A stretch of 64,000 nucleotides of DNA from Camelus ferus (Eukaryota), in NCBI RefSeq assembly GCF_009834535.1, contig NC_045699.1:67642001-67706000 (forward strand), given 5' to 3'. The position numbers were made by a program, and so were the translations under genes. Positions 12,780 through 26,252 of the stretch are shown here, piece after piece; the stretch's first letter is position 1, and every line of letters begins with the position of its first letter. Below the pieces are notes generated by a model. That model ran no database searches. It saw only the letters and a program-made list of their open reading frames with translations, and was not told the DNA's origin.

Positions 12780-13200
12780 TTGTAGAAGTTTTACCTGTTT
12801 TATTGCTATTTTATAAAATTTAGTTCGTGAGTTTAGTTATCATGTCTATAGGTTTGGTGTTTTATCTTGTCTTTTTAAACATATCAGTTCCTAATTTTAT
12901 CTATTAATCAATTTCTCCTACTTTCCCGCCCCCTGTTTTCCAAGCTTCTTGAGTTGAATTTTAGTTCATTTATATTCTTACTTGTTTAATTTTATAAGAG
13001 TTAAAAACCATGCATTTTCCTCTCAGAACAGTTTTGGCCTCATCACATAGTTTAATATGCAGTGTTCTGTATGTTCTATATATTTGTAGGTTGCAAATAG
13101 TCCATAACCTTGCTCTCATTTCTTCTTTTACCCAAGAATTATTGGAGTGTTCAAAATTTTCCAAGGAATTGAATCTTTAAGTTATCATTGTTAGTTTTCT
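12780..13200 (-). mobile_element. Ancient L1 ORF2 fragment
   Basis: ORF 12970-13164 (WVKEEMR...LCDEAKTVLRGKCMVFNSY) resembles L1 ORF2 WV..E.K...LWD.AKAVLRGKFIALNAY; T-rich on the + strand. Confidence 0.75.
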
Positions 13201-13699
13201 CATTCTTTTATTCACCAAATCTTTAGGCAGTGTTTTCTTTGTCTTAGGAACCATGACAGACGCAGGGAACAGTGGAGTGAAAACAACCGACATGGTTGCT
13301 TCCTTCATGGGATCTGTCATTTGCTGAGTGAAACACAGATGTAATTACACAATTAATCACAATCATAATAAATATTATGGAAGAAAATCTCAGCATATCC
13401 CAAGATTTCTAAACTTTATTAGAGGTGAACTTGCCTGCTATATTTAGTGAGCTTTTCCTTACCTCTTTCCCTGAACATGAATGTTTTTAGTATCTGACTC
13501 AGGTAGGCAAATAATTTGTTTTCTAGTGTGTAATTCTGATGATTTCTTCCTGAGGCTCCCCATAAACTCTAAAATCTAAAGGAACCTCACTCAGTTCATA
13601 GGAGGTTTTCAATTTATGATTCTACTTGTAATAAAAGTTTAAAACATGTGGAAGTAAATCCTCTTATTTCTGAATAAACAGATCCTATGTTTAAAAAAT

Positions 13700-14700
13700 T
13701 ATATCTGGAAAGATTTTTTTTTCAGCATAATGCGTGCACAGTAATTTAAAATAATTACTAAATACTGAAAGGCTTAGTGAAGCAACAAATACACATTGCC
13801 CCATTTCTTTGTACCCTACTCATTCCCCAGAGGCAAATGCTTAGCATTATGTAGCAGTTTCTTCAGGTAGTTTCTGCTGCATTTCCACCGAGGTGTTTTT
13901 GTTGTAATTATTTGATCCATTCACTTTAGACAGTATGTGGCGACTTCTTTGTATGATAGATGTTGGTTTGGTTTTCCTGAACTGCTTCCCCTCATTCTGT
14001 AAAGAAACTCATATTATTATAGTTAAGTCACTTTTATTAAATGAGTCTTCATGTTTTATTTATTAGGAATGTGTAAATATAGTTCTCTGTATAGTCAAGT
14101 GGTTAACTATAAATAATATGTCGTTTCTAAAATACTCTTTTATTTCCCTGGAGTTTGTAATTCCCTTTTAAGAAGAAAAGTCTTACACTAGCTACCTCTT
14201 ATCTACCAGATGTTTTCTGTGTATATGTAACATATACATATATAATATATATAATATTATATAATATCTTACCAGATTTTTATGTATTATATATAATCTT
14301 AAAATTATTTTATTTAATTGATTTTATTTTTTATTATATATAACAAATATATCCATGCCCCCCAACAAATGTTTTGTCCTGTCAGATTGTCTATTGAGCC
14401 TTCTCTTTCTCTAGATGCATCTCTTCTGGAGTTGATACAATGTAGACCAAGTTGTTCTTAAGGCTTGCTGTCCATCTGTCATCCCAGAACGTCCCTTTGC
14501 TACTGCTGGATTGGACCCACTGTTTCCTATATCCCATATCTTCATGTACTTGCTTTATTCTTTCATTTTGCTAAGGGGAAGTTCTCAAGTAGTATTCAAA
14601 TACTTGCATTGGGAGATAGATATTCTGAGCTCCTCATGTCTTCCAGCATCCTGTGTATTACGAGAAATCTGATGCTGTCTTGAATCTCATTTGTGGGCTC
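13700..14700 (-). mobile_element. Old L1-related fragments (HAL1/L1ME-like) with AT-rich low complexity at 14220-14345
   Basis: Segments such as ctttagacagtatgtggcgacttc and gatattctgagctcctcatgtc resemble recalled HAL1 consensus; highly diverged. Confidence 0.4.
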
Positions 14701-17269
14701 AGAAAGGGGCAGATGAGTGAGGGTAGCCAGATCCAGCCCTTCTGACTGTGTGTGTCAGTGTGTGTAGTGGGTGGAGGGTGAGTAGGTGTGTATATAGAGG
14801 CAAGCTAAACAGAGGGAGATGTGGCCTGGAGGAGCTTGGTTTTAAATTTAGGAAGCATGCAAATGTGATTGCCTTTGGTTGTCCCACCCCACTGAAGAAT
14901 CCCAGTTGTGGGTTTGAGGTCAAGCTGCAGGGTGATTTTCGGGGACATCTTCCGGGGCTCAAACTTCATGTTGCCCTGGTCATGTCCATGGGAGGACACA
15001 GATGACATGCTTATCACCTCTGTGGTGCCTCATGCATGGAGGCATTTGACAGGCTAGGCAGAGAGGCTGGACATGCCAGGAGACATGGGCAGTTCCTCAG
15101 CTGGGTCTGGAGACCCAGTGGGGTGAGAGGTGAGCACTGGGTGCCAGATTGGCTCAGCTGCAGTGTGTGTCAGGATAACACAAGAATTTGTTTGACTGCT
15201 GAATGAACTTGGGTCACTGCCAGAGAATTCAGTGGGGTTCTAGGTTTCATTAATAAAGAGATGACCTCCCAGCCAATTGGGTGAGGGTCCTGCTCAACTT
15301 TACAGTGGGGCAGTTCACAAGTCGAGTATCTGGTTCTGATCTGGGTATATATTGTTCATTTAGTGAATTTCTCATTCTTAAATGTTCATTTCAAATTCCT
15401 CTCTCTATCTAGCTTTCCTTGACGCTTCCCTTACCGATAATTTACTTACTGTTTGTCTGGGTTCTTAGTCTCTATTTACTTACCATGTTGCTAGAATATA
15501 CATCTCTCTCCTCTATCAAATCAAGTTCCCCAGGGATAACTTAATCCTTGTGATTAGAAACTTGAAATAAAGACAATAGTCCTGGCTCCATCTTTGTCCC
15601 TGGGCTTTGTAAAGATCAGAAGAGTTGTGTGTTATGGTGCTTTACAAACAGCAAGTGGGAGCTGGCATTATTTCCTGTCCATTTGTTAATATGATGAATA
15701 ACAGCCTTAAATTAGCAAGCCAGTTAAGCAGCTGTCATTCCTAGCATCTGTGTAGTGTCTCCACCCTGATGTATCCTGAATTTCTCAATGGAAAAAAAAA
15801 AGCTTGCTATTTATTCCTCAGCTTTTTCAGCACTAGGACCTTCCTTTCAGCTTTTTCTTTTGCCTCTGCTCTCTGAAGTCCTTAAGCTGTCACTGCTCAG
15901 CTGGGCTGTTGCACAGCTGCATCCTCTGTGACTCCAGAGGCTGAGGATCAAGAAATTGGCCAAGGCAGCCTGGGTTCCCTGATGCACCAGACGTGGCATC
16001 AGTCTGGGATTTGCAGACCTGGGTCCCTGGAACCCAGAGGGGCTACTTGTACAAAAGGTCCACTTACTTGGAGCTGGTCAGTCACTGTTGTACCTCTCTG
16101 CTGTATGATGGAGCTGTTGACCACTGGCCTATGTCAATCTGATGGATGTGGCAGGTCTCCTGGTCCCAATCCTTGCACAGACCACCACACTTGACCAAGG
16201 ATACTCCCGGCCTAGGGTCCCTCTGCATTTATACTTCTGGGCTCAGCCATGGATCTCAAATCCCAGAGGCACTGGCCCTGGAAGCTGAACCTGGGGGAGT
16301 TGCCAATATCAGCCACATGCTGTGCCAAGGCCAGCACTCTTTGACTGAACCTTCCCCAGACCCTCTTTTCAAGCCTGCTCTCCTAGCCTAGCCTCCTTTC
16401 CTCAAAGCCATTTTATTCAAGGAGACTTATTGCCATTTCCTGACACTTGGCCTTGACTTGGGACATGTAAGGTGCCCACAGCATGAGTCCTTAGCATCCA
16501 GTCTGGAGAACCAGGATTCAGTTTCTATTCCTTCCTTCCACGAAGCCTCCTTACAAACATTGAGACGTCCCTTCCCTGGTGACCAGCTTTACATACCAGT
16601 AATCTCAGTCATAAAGGATCTCTGGGCTGTGGGTGCCTGCTCATCCTGTACTTGCGTAACTAAATTACCCCTTAGACGACAGTATATGGAAAAGAACTTG
16701 GCTTATTTTGACTAAAACACTGTACACACCCAGTATAAATATGACCCAGCCATGGACCATGGGGAATCTGGAGGAGATAGCCCAGGGTGGAGCGATGGCC
16801 AACGTACACAGGTGAACCGTGTGGAATTTCCTGGGGCCTTCAGCAAGGGCAGAGATGTTGAGGAAAGAGACCTGATGTGGCTGTGAAAAAGCTCTAGGCA
16901 ACCTTGAGCGATGTGTTTTTCTCTCTGAGCTCCTTGCTGCCGTAGGGTCTGTGCGCCTGTGGAGGCGGGTGCTCTGTGGAGGACTCTGGCTTCATTTAGA
17001 ACAGTGGACTGGGACCTTTGGAGAGTGTCTTCCAAGTGTGAGAGTCTATGAAAAGTGACAAAGTTGAGGCGATGAAAACCTTTCCATCTCTATGTGAAAC
17101 AGCCTCTTAAAATTCTTAGCTGTGCTCAGGATTCTGCACACTGAAGACGTCCCGTTGAGGATGTCTTAGTTTCCTTTTAGTCTTCGCCCACAGTTATCCT
17201 TTCTCTTTAGCTCATTCTGGTTTATTTCTCTTCTCTCTCATACACTGTATTTTTTTTTTCTCACTCTAG

Positions 17270-17396
17270 CTTTTGAATCGAAAAGACAAGACCACCTTTG
17301 AGAAACTGGACTACCTGATGTCTAAAGAAGATAATTACAAGCGGACTCGGGAATATATCCGAAGCCTGAAGATGGTTCCCAGCATTCCTTATCTAG
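17270..17396 (+). CDS. RALGPS1: RALGPS1 internal coding exon (RasGEF domain), phase 0/1; last RALGPS1 exon in the window
   Basis: Long T tract then ctctag|CTT, donor G|gtagga; 127 nt encoding [42 protein letters not shown](G), including the CDC25 P.IPYLG motif. Confidence 0.95.
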
Positions 17397-17749
17397 GTAG
17401 GAGTCTGATTTGGCTTATTAGTTTTTAAAGAAACCTGCTAAGTAACAGATAAGATTTTTTTACGGTTTCTACTTGAGAGGTTTCCAGGAAGCAGCATGGG
17501 CCATGAATGAAAGGGTAATTGGCTGGCTGCTTGGGTTGAAGTAGACTTTTGATGCCTCCTGAGGATGGGAACCTTGATGAGGGCCTTGAAACAAGGGCAT
17601 TCTGCTGCTTATACAAATGACCTATGAATCCCAAGCCTCCCCGCCTGTGGCTTAGAAGGGTCACGTGACTCTTACCGGTTTATCCACATCCTCCCGAACT
17701 GGGCAAGTGAGGCCCAAACCCCTCTATTCTGGTTCTCTGGGTGTTATTA

Positions 17750-19340
17750 ATATGTTACAAAAGATTTGTACCAACAAAATTATTATAATGATTATTGATT
17801 TTACTGCTTAGAAAATAATGCATGTTCATCATAAGGAATTAGGAAGAGAAGAAAATTAATATCATTTGTTATCCCACAAAGAGATAATCACATTTCCCTT
17901 CATACCTTTTCCTTGGTTGAGGTGCATATAAAATCTGTATGTTTGCTCTATTGTGAACATTTAATGGTATTACCTGCATCTCTGTACTATGCCTCAGTCC
18001 CATCAGAAGGATCTGTCCAACTGGAATCTGCTCTCTAATATTGACATTTATAAGTTGTTCCTACATTTTTGCTGTTAAAATTTTGCAGTGGACATCCCTT
18101 CTACAGAAACTTCCTACATATAGTTATGATTATTGCCTTGCAATGAATTCTTAGAAGTGTGATCATTGGGTCAAAACTTGTGCAAAATTGAATGCCTTTT
18201 CATGTGTATTTTCAAAACACTCTCCATAGAGGTTGTAATAGCTTGTATTTTCATTGGAAGGGGACAAAATTGCCTGTTTCCCCATGTGCACAAATACTGT
18301 GTATTTTCATATGCTTTTTTTTCTTTTCCTTTCTTTTTTTTTTTTTTCTTTGTCAATTTGACAGGTGAAAAGTACTTCTTGTGGTTTGGTTTCACAGTTA
18401 CGTTAATTTTATTAAAATTGTCTATCTTCTTATGTTATAAAGTAGTATTAATAATGAGAGAAATTTTATGGATGTGACCCCTAATATTTTCAGAGGTTTA
18501 GTGCAAATTTTTTTGAGATACATTTTTGACAACTTTTAGATGTCTTCCATGAGTTTTATTTAGATTTTCTAGTTCTTTTAAAGCTAATTTGGAAAATTTG
18601 ATCTTCGTAAAAGATTGTCCATTTGATCCAAGTTTTCAGAATTATTAGCATAAAGTTTTTTCCTTTAATTTTTTTTTTTTGACTGCAAGGTTTCACATAA
18701 TTTCTTACAAATTTCAACCTCCTGTGTATGTGTGGTTATATATGCCTTGCATTCCTAATAGTTTGCACTTTTGTTTTCTCTTTCTTTTTATAATTTGCTT
18801 TGCCAGAGGTATGTCTGTTGGTATTTCCAAAGAATTGGACTTTGTGTTTGTTTATTAGTCAGATTGTCTTTCTGCTTGTGCCGTACTTCATCAGTCTGGG
18901 ATGTGCTCTTTCTCTTCGCGTTTTTAAATCTCTGAAACTGGGATACATCTTTCAACTGATGGTAACAAAGCATTGTGGCATTGCTTAATTGGCAGCAGTT
19001 TTTCTTAGTGATACATAAAATAAAGGCGCATCCTAAATTGCTAATAGGAGACATCCTAAATTTGATGAAATATGGAGTTTACGCTTTTGTCTTTTATAAT
19101 TCATTTCTCCTTCTTTCCTTAAGTTATTGTAGACAAATGATTGGCTTATTTGTATATATACTATGATTTCCACTTTAATTGGAAAACAGTGAAGGGTATA
19201 CATTGTCCTTTAACTGCTGCTTTTGTTATTGTATCCTACATGTTTTAATGTGTAGTGTACTCAGTGATAGTCTTTGAATGTTCTGTAATTATAGTTTCAA
19301 TTTTTCTTTTATCCAAGTATTATTTAACATAGTGGTTTTT
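17750..19340 (-). mobile_element. Patchwork of ancient L1 (L1M) 3' end and ORF2 fragments
   Basis: T-rich antisense L1 signatures such as ttgtccatttgatccaagttttcagaattattagcataaag and ggtcaaaacttgtgc; boundaries approximate. Confidence 0.55.
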
Positions 19341-19343
19341 TAA

Positions 19344-19520
19344 NNNNNNNNNNNNNNNNNNNNNNNNNNNNNNNNNNNNNNNNNNNNNNNNNNNNNNNNN
19401 NNNNNNNNNNNNNNNNNNNNNNNNNNNNNNNNNNNNNNNNNNNNNNNNNNNNNNNNNNNNNNNNNNNNNNNNNNNNNNNNNNNNNNNNNNNNNNNNNNNN
19501 NNNNNNNNNNNNNNNNNNNN
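19344..19520. other. Assembly gap (177 N)
   Basis: N run within L1-derived sequence. Confidence 0.98.
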
Positions 19521-19845
19521 CGTGTGAGTAGCCATCTCCCTCCCACGCCCTCACCCTCAGCCCTAGACAACTACTAATCTACTTTCTGTCTTCATGGATT
19601 TGCTTATTCCAAACATTTCATATAAATTGAATCGTACAATGTGGTCTTTTATGGCTGGCCTCTTTCCCTTAGCATCATGTTTTCAAGGTTCATTCATGTT
19701 ACAACACGATCAATATTTCATTCCTTCTTATTCCCAAGTAATATTCCATTGATTGGATGCACCACATTTTATGTATCCATTCTTCATTTGATGAACATGT
19801 GAGTTGTTTCACTTTTTGCTTATTATGCATAACATCACTATGAAG
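19521..19845 (-). mobile_element. L1MB-type 3' UTR fragment
   Basis: ccctagacaactactaatctactttctgtc...ttcaaggttcattcatgtt...aatattccattg...gatgaacat is the characteristic L1MB 3' UTR in antisense. Confidence 0.8.
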
Positions 19846-20141
19846 GGCTTTGGTTTTTTAAGTCTTCTCTGTAATTTTTTTTAAACACTGATTTAGAATA
19901 TATGACACGTATGCTTCCTAGGTTTTTAAAAAATGGTATTTGTCTTGTGGTTTAATGCAAGATCAGTTTGTGTAAATGTTTCATGAATGCTGGAAAAGAA
20001 GATGTAATCTCTCAAGTTACTCTTATAATTACATTGTAACATTCAAATTATTCATTTTCAACAACCTGGTCTATCAAGGACAGAAATATATGTTAGAGTC
20101 CCCTTTCATTTCCGATAGTTCCTGCCTTACATTATTTAGTA

Positions 20142-20500
20142 TATGGTTGGTCCTCCATACCCCTGGGTTCTGCATTTGTGGATTCAGCCAACCCCAGACC
20201 AANNNNNNNNNNNNNNNNNNNNNNNNNNNNNNNNNNNNNNNNNNNNNNNNNNNNNNNNNNNNNNNNNNNNNNNNNNNNNNNNNNNNNNNNNNNNNNNNNN
20301 NNNNNNNNNNNNNNNNNNNNNNNNNNNNNNNNNNNNNNAAATAACTTAGAGATGATTTAAAGTATAGGGCAGGATGTGCTAGGTTATATGCAAATATTGT
20401 GCCATTTTGTATAAGGGACTTGAGCATCCCTGGATTTTGGTATCCATAGTGATCCTGGACCCAGTCAATCCCCTGTGGGTACCAAGAGATGATGACAGTA
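20142..20500 (-). mobile_element. MER2 (TcMar-Tigger non-autonomous DNA transposon), middle in an N gap
   Basis: agagatgatttaaagtat...ggttatatgcaaata...agggacttgagcatcc...ggattttggtatcc and ggttctgcatttgtggattca match MER2 in reverse orientation. Confidence 0.85.
20203..20338. other. Assembly gap (136 N)
   Basis: N run inside MER2. Confidence 0.98.
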
Positions 20501-23500
20501 TAGAAGTTTGTAACAGCTGTAGATTCATCATGAAGTGTGTCCCATACAAAATGATCTTGATTCCATTTATTATTTGTTTGTACTTCTTTGTCTGATATTA
20601 ATTCTGTCAAATCTGATTTATTTTTCCTTTGCATTCATTTTATAAACCTTTGACTATATTTTGGGTTTTAATATTTTAAGTTGTTTAGTTTTAGATGTAA
20701 TCCTTGAAAACTGCAGAGTTAAGCCCAGAGACCTGGCCTTTCAGTAGGGCAGTAAATGTCTTTCCCATTTGTTTAGACATAAGCCATGTTATTGGCTTGA
20801 TTATCATTCTTTTTTAATGCTTTCTTATCCTTTCCTTGTTCTCTTCTTATGTCTTGCTGTAAACTAACTGCAGTGTGCTCTGCTTGGTAAGGGGAAAGCC
20901 CCATCTCAGATCAGCAGATGGAGGGCATGTTGTAGGCACAGCTCCCAAGCCCATTCCCACGTTGCCTGAGGCTAATCAATTAAAGGATGGGTTGGTGGCA
21001 TTAGGGTGAGGGCAGCTAGTGCAGCCCACTGGTTCAACGAGCAGAGGTGCTCTGGGATCTTAAGGATGGGCTCTTCTCTCCTTATAAAAGGATCGTGAGA
21101 GCCGCTGTGATTGTCTGCTTTCTCTGTGCCCAGCACTTTGCTAGTAGGCATTTTAATGCATCATCTCAATGAATGCTCACAATGGCCCACTGAATACGCA
21201 GGCGCTGAGAGGTTGCCTAGGGTCACATAACTGGAGAGTGGCAGAGCCAGGTCTTGGCCCAGATGGTCTGGCTATAAGCCCCAAACTCTGGACACTGCCC
21301 TCTCCTGACCCCCCACCTCCACTGCTCAGGTTATTATGTTCCTACTCCTCCCTTTCAGTTGCCACCTGTACATCCTCTGCCATTTATGACTTGTGAGTGG
21401 CCTCCATCGGGCACTGCATGAAGTGAGATGAATTGTCTTGGCTCTTTCTTGTGACACTCTGTTCTTGGACCACAAACTCTTGGGCTTCCGCGGGATTGGT
21501 TAGTGGGCCTCAGCCAAAGGCAGACTGGACCAATACCATCTCCCCTTGCTAACCTGTGTCCCTTCTCATCAAACCAAGCGTATGTTCCCAGATCCCTCCC
21601 CTTCGGGTGAGTCCCCTACTCAGGCCACTGGCCAGAGGCCCCTTGGGTGTGACCACGATGGCTCTCATCAGGCCAAGGGACAGATCTGCACTTGCAGCGG
21701 GCACACAGTCTGCCCCAGGGCCCCTGGCCACTGAGTCTCTGGACAGAGGCAGCCCTCCTGGTCCTTGATCACCTCATCTCAGCTGCCTCTTCCTGGCAGG
21801 TGCTTCCGGAGGGGCTCTGTGAGGGCCTCTGTTCTCTGGCAAGATCCTCCTGCTTGCCTCTAAGTGAGCCCAGCTTCATTGCCTGCTCTGCTCCCTTTCG
21901 CCCTTTGAGGATTTCTCTCCTCTCTCATGCCAGTCAGACTGCATTTCTCATCCTTGCATCGGGACGACTCCTGACATCTACAAGTCAGATTAAAAGAACA
22001 GGAGCAGACTCCAGTGTGCTTTCTGTCCTTAGGATGGCTTGTGAGGTTTACCATGGGGGCCACCACGGTCTCCTTAAAAAGAATGAAGCAGGTTCCCACT
22101 CTGAGGCTCAGCTGGGCTGTCTGTCCTGAGGGCAGCTAGGGCCCTCCCTGCACCTCTGATTGCCATGGACAGACCCTGCCCAAATCCAGGTTGTGGTTTC
22201 AGTACTAGATTTCTCTTGAAAACCCAACCTGTCCTAGGGGTGGATTTGTTTATCAAAAGAGGAAGAGTTACATAATTCCTGGAAAGTGCAATATAGGAAA
22301 AAATGTCTGAAACCATTTCTTTTTCCCCTGGCAGAGTCCTCACTCTGGGTCTTTCCCTGGGGGAGAGGGAGTTATTCTCTGGAAGGGGAGGGACGTTAAG
22401 CCCAGCCTTGATATTTCCAGCTGCTTTGTTCGTTTGGTTCGTGCTTGAGACCTTGAGTGCTGCTTCAGCGATTTTTTGGCTCTAGTAGCAAGCATGGGTT
22501 TTATTTTCATAATGATTCTTTTAAACCTCTGTGGAAGGTTCTACACTAACGGGTTTCCTGGGACTATTCATATGCGTGTCTCTTTCTCACTGTAAAGGTA
22601 CCCTCATGTCCTACTAGCCGTTGTTATTAACATTGTGGGCGTGTATTCCAGCTCCTTTCAATGCAAATTTCAGAGCCAGTTGGCTGCACTTTGGTGCACT
22701 GTTTCTCGTGAAACATAATTTAAAAAACACTCAGGGAAAAACCTACTACATTTAAAAAATAAGACTCTCTTTGTCTCAGAAAGTTTATTCCCATTTACTT
22801 CAAAGTGTAAAAATAGTGACGGGAAATGGTCAGGTCAGTTATTTGCAGCTTAATTTTATCTGATAGCAACTCCTTGTAAATACCCAGTTCAGATGGAAAT
22901 GATAACAAAAGCAGGCAAAGAGCTGTGAAGAGTGGCTACAGCATTTATTTCTAAATAGCTTTATTGACTTAGAGGGTGTTTGGTTTTCACTACCTGTAAT
23001 TACCTCCAGGAAATAGCTAAATAAAATTAGGAATGTAAAGGACTTTTTAAAAAAGGTCTAGAGCCTGATTCTAAAAGTAACTATAGGCAGTGTGGAAAAT
23101 TGTGATCTCTCAAGGAACAAAAACTAGGCATTCTGACAGTTCTGAATAGTAAGAGAACATTTAGATTCTTGGTAAATTTACCCAGACTTCTAATATGTGA
23201 GGTAAATTTCTAGAACCTAAGCTATTCCTTCAAACAAGCAAATCCTTCCATTTTTAAAAAGCAAGGCTTTATTTTCAAGTATGAACTCTGAAGTTTAAAA
23301 TAAAGGCAAGTTGTTTCCAAGTTCCAAGTATAAAATTAACAGACCTAAATCTAAAAGGACTTGCAAAAAAGAAGTGGTCATTGGTCAAAAAGAAGTGTTT
23401 ATGCCGATCCCCCCAAACCCCCATAACAGCCAGGGAAGTGAGGGGCTAAGCCTGAGGGCAGCACGTGCCAGGACCTCTGCAGGGTGGATGTGTTCACTGC

Positions 23501-23529
23501 CGGGCATCAGACACCATTTCTGCCCTGGT

Positions 23530-23960
23530 GGAGCCCGGATCTGTTCACTGGCAATGAATAGGATACCATAAGTGAGCTGAGCACTGTGCAGGGAAAGACC
23601 AGGGAGCGAAGAAAGGGAGACCCATCCCAGACTGGGGGACTAGGGGAGAGTGTTCTGGAGGGAAGCCCTAAAAGATGAATAAGCTGGTGAAGAGGTGAGT
23701 TGTGAGCATCCCAGACAAAGACAGTGGCTTGTGCAAGAGCCCTGAAGTGAGGAAAAACATGTTTGTTGGAAAAACTGGCTGGAGAGTAGAGAATGAGGGG
23801 GAGGGTGTTGTGAGAAGCAGCTGGAGGGAAGGGAGGGGTGAGATCGCTTAGGGCCTAGACACTGGGAGTGGGGAGCTCCAACTTGGACCCCCATGAGCAG
23901 TAGGGGACCAGGAGGGTTTTAAGGGCGTAGCTGGCTTGGGTTTGCGTTGAACATGGGTCT
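23530..23960 (-). mobile_element. L2 fragment
   Basis: Purine-rich antisense L2 motifs (gcaagagccctgaagtgagg, ggagggttttaag). Confidence 0.55.
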
Positions 23961-26252
23961 CTTGGCCTGTAATTTGTGCGTAGCTTCGAGGAATAGGGAA
24001 GACTAGGTAGGGGACCACACAGAAGCCTGTGGTGCATCACTAGATTTCAGAAATTGTTAGTGGGGGAGGGAAAGCCCTTTTAAAACTAGTTCATTTTAGA
24101 GCAAAGCCTTGGAAAGACCTGAAAGAGTCGTCAGTGAGCGTGTCCCTCAAACCTGATGGAGACACATGGCGTTTCCCTGCACCTGGGCTTTCAGAATTAA
24201 GGCGTGCGTTGGAGCAGAGATGAAAGGGCACACACTCTTGATCCACCTCCAGAAGGCGGGAGGGGCTGAACTGGCAGATGCTGGCAGAACTTCTGCTTCC
24301 TAGAACTGAATCAGCATGGCTGTTGCTCCTTTGGTGGGGGCCACCGCCACCCCAGGATCAGAGTCTGGTGGCTCCCAAGGCAGGGTTACCACAGTGTTAT
24401 CCAGCTGTCCCCAGGTTTGCCAGCATTAAGGGTAATCCTTTCCTTTAATGCCCAACTGAAAAAATTCCATTCCATATGCAGGAAATCCAGCCTTTTTTTC
24501 CTTCTGTTCCCCACCCCACGTGTTTCCAACAATCCCCAAGGAATACTCATTTGTTCCATGGATCCGTCCTGATTGTCGCATGGTGCCTCAGCCGGCTGTC
24601 TGGCCGCAAACCTCTGATGCCTCCCTCCAGTCATCTCCTGCTTTCCTGACCAATCTCTCCAGCTGGACCTCTGTGGAGCCAGGCTCCTCCTTCCTGAGCT
24701 GGGGAAGCACAGCTCAGGGCTGGATAAGGGGATGCCAGTGCCACAAAGAGAAGCTTAAGCCTGTGTTCTGAAACGCCTGCTTCTGGAGCCCAGGGCCATG
24801 ACGCCCTTTCTCCTCTTTGCCCAATGGCCTGACCTACCGTCATCCCTCCATGGCCAGGGAGAGCCTTTGATCAGGTTTCCCCTTCCCCAAATTGAGGCAT
24901 CCGCCCCCTCGGGGGCCCAGCAAGCAGGGAAAAGCTACCTTCTGACCCATCTGAAACATGCTTCTCAGTCAACAGAATAATCACAAAGACACAGTCCATC
25001 CTAAAGGAAGGAAACTTTTTCCATTATTTTGTTTGGTGATCAGCTGCATATGGTCTTAAACCTCTCAAATCTCTCCGTTCCAGAGGGAATTTTGCCTTTA
25101 CTTTTGCAGTCTCAGGGTTTGTTACCTTAAAATTCGCATTTCTCTGGGACTTCTCAGTCTTGCTCCATTTTTACAAAAAGCCGGTGGATATCATTGAAAT
25201 CCCTATTTTGTGAATGAAAAAAAAACCAAAAAACTTCTTACCATTTGACTTACGACTTACCAATGTCATATGCCAGATGAATACCCAATTTGACCCAAGA
25301 CCTCATGCTTATGGCTGGGGTTCCACCCTTCCCTGACTTATGCATCCTCCATTTAATATCTCTGCCTCCATGGAGAGAAACAGTATGGGAGGAACACAGG
25401 CTGGGGAGAGGCTTATTTCCTTCATGCTTTGCTGCCCAGAGCTGAGCACCTTGCTGCATCCGTCCCTTCTGGGAAACAGGGAGGACTTGCAGTTAGCTTT
25501 TCTCTGGGTCAGATAATTTTGTCTGCAACATTGTAGACTGTACTTCAATTTTAAAAAAAAAAGGAAAAAGAAATTTTGTCTGATCCCCCAAAAGCGGATG
25601 AGAGCATGAGCCCATTTTGTGCAAGTGAAGGTACATTTTCATAGCAGGATCAGGATGACTGCTCCTCTTTGACCTCTAGTCTTTAGATTTCTAATTAGAA
25701 ACTGACAATCATAATAATAGTGACAATAGCTCACATTTACTTTTTTATCACGCGGCAGGCACCACACCAAGCTTTACATATATTATCTCATTCAGTCCTC
25801 CCAACACTCCTTCCTCCGAGGGAGGCACTACTTTAAACTGATTTTATAGCTGCAGAAGCTAAATAAGACTTGTTAAAAGTTTCACCACTTACTAGTGCCA
25901 TTTTCTAGGGTTGGGACCAGTGCTCAAACCTGGGTCTGATCCCAGTGCCCCAACCACTAACCTCAGAATATGCCATTTGTTCCTTCCAACAGGCCTTTAC
26001 CCTCTGGGGAAACCAGGAGGGTGGGCTGAAGAGAGGAGTGTCTCCAGGGGCCTCCTGTCAGAACAGGGGCTCAAGATGGGAGACTGAGGGCCCTCCCAGG
26101 GTCAGCCAGTCCTAAAGAAGGGAAGGGTGAGGGGTGGAGGAAGGACTAGAGCTTCTCCATCCTCAGGACTAGCCTGGGGCCATTGGGATGACTCCTAGCA
26201 CTACTTTGGAGAGAGAGTTAGGACAGTGGCCCTGAGAATCTGAAGGATTTCA

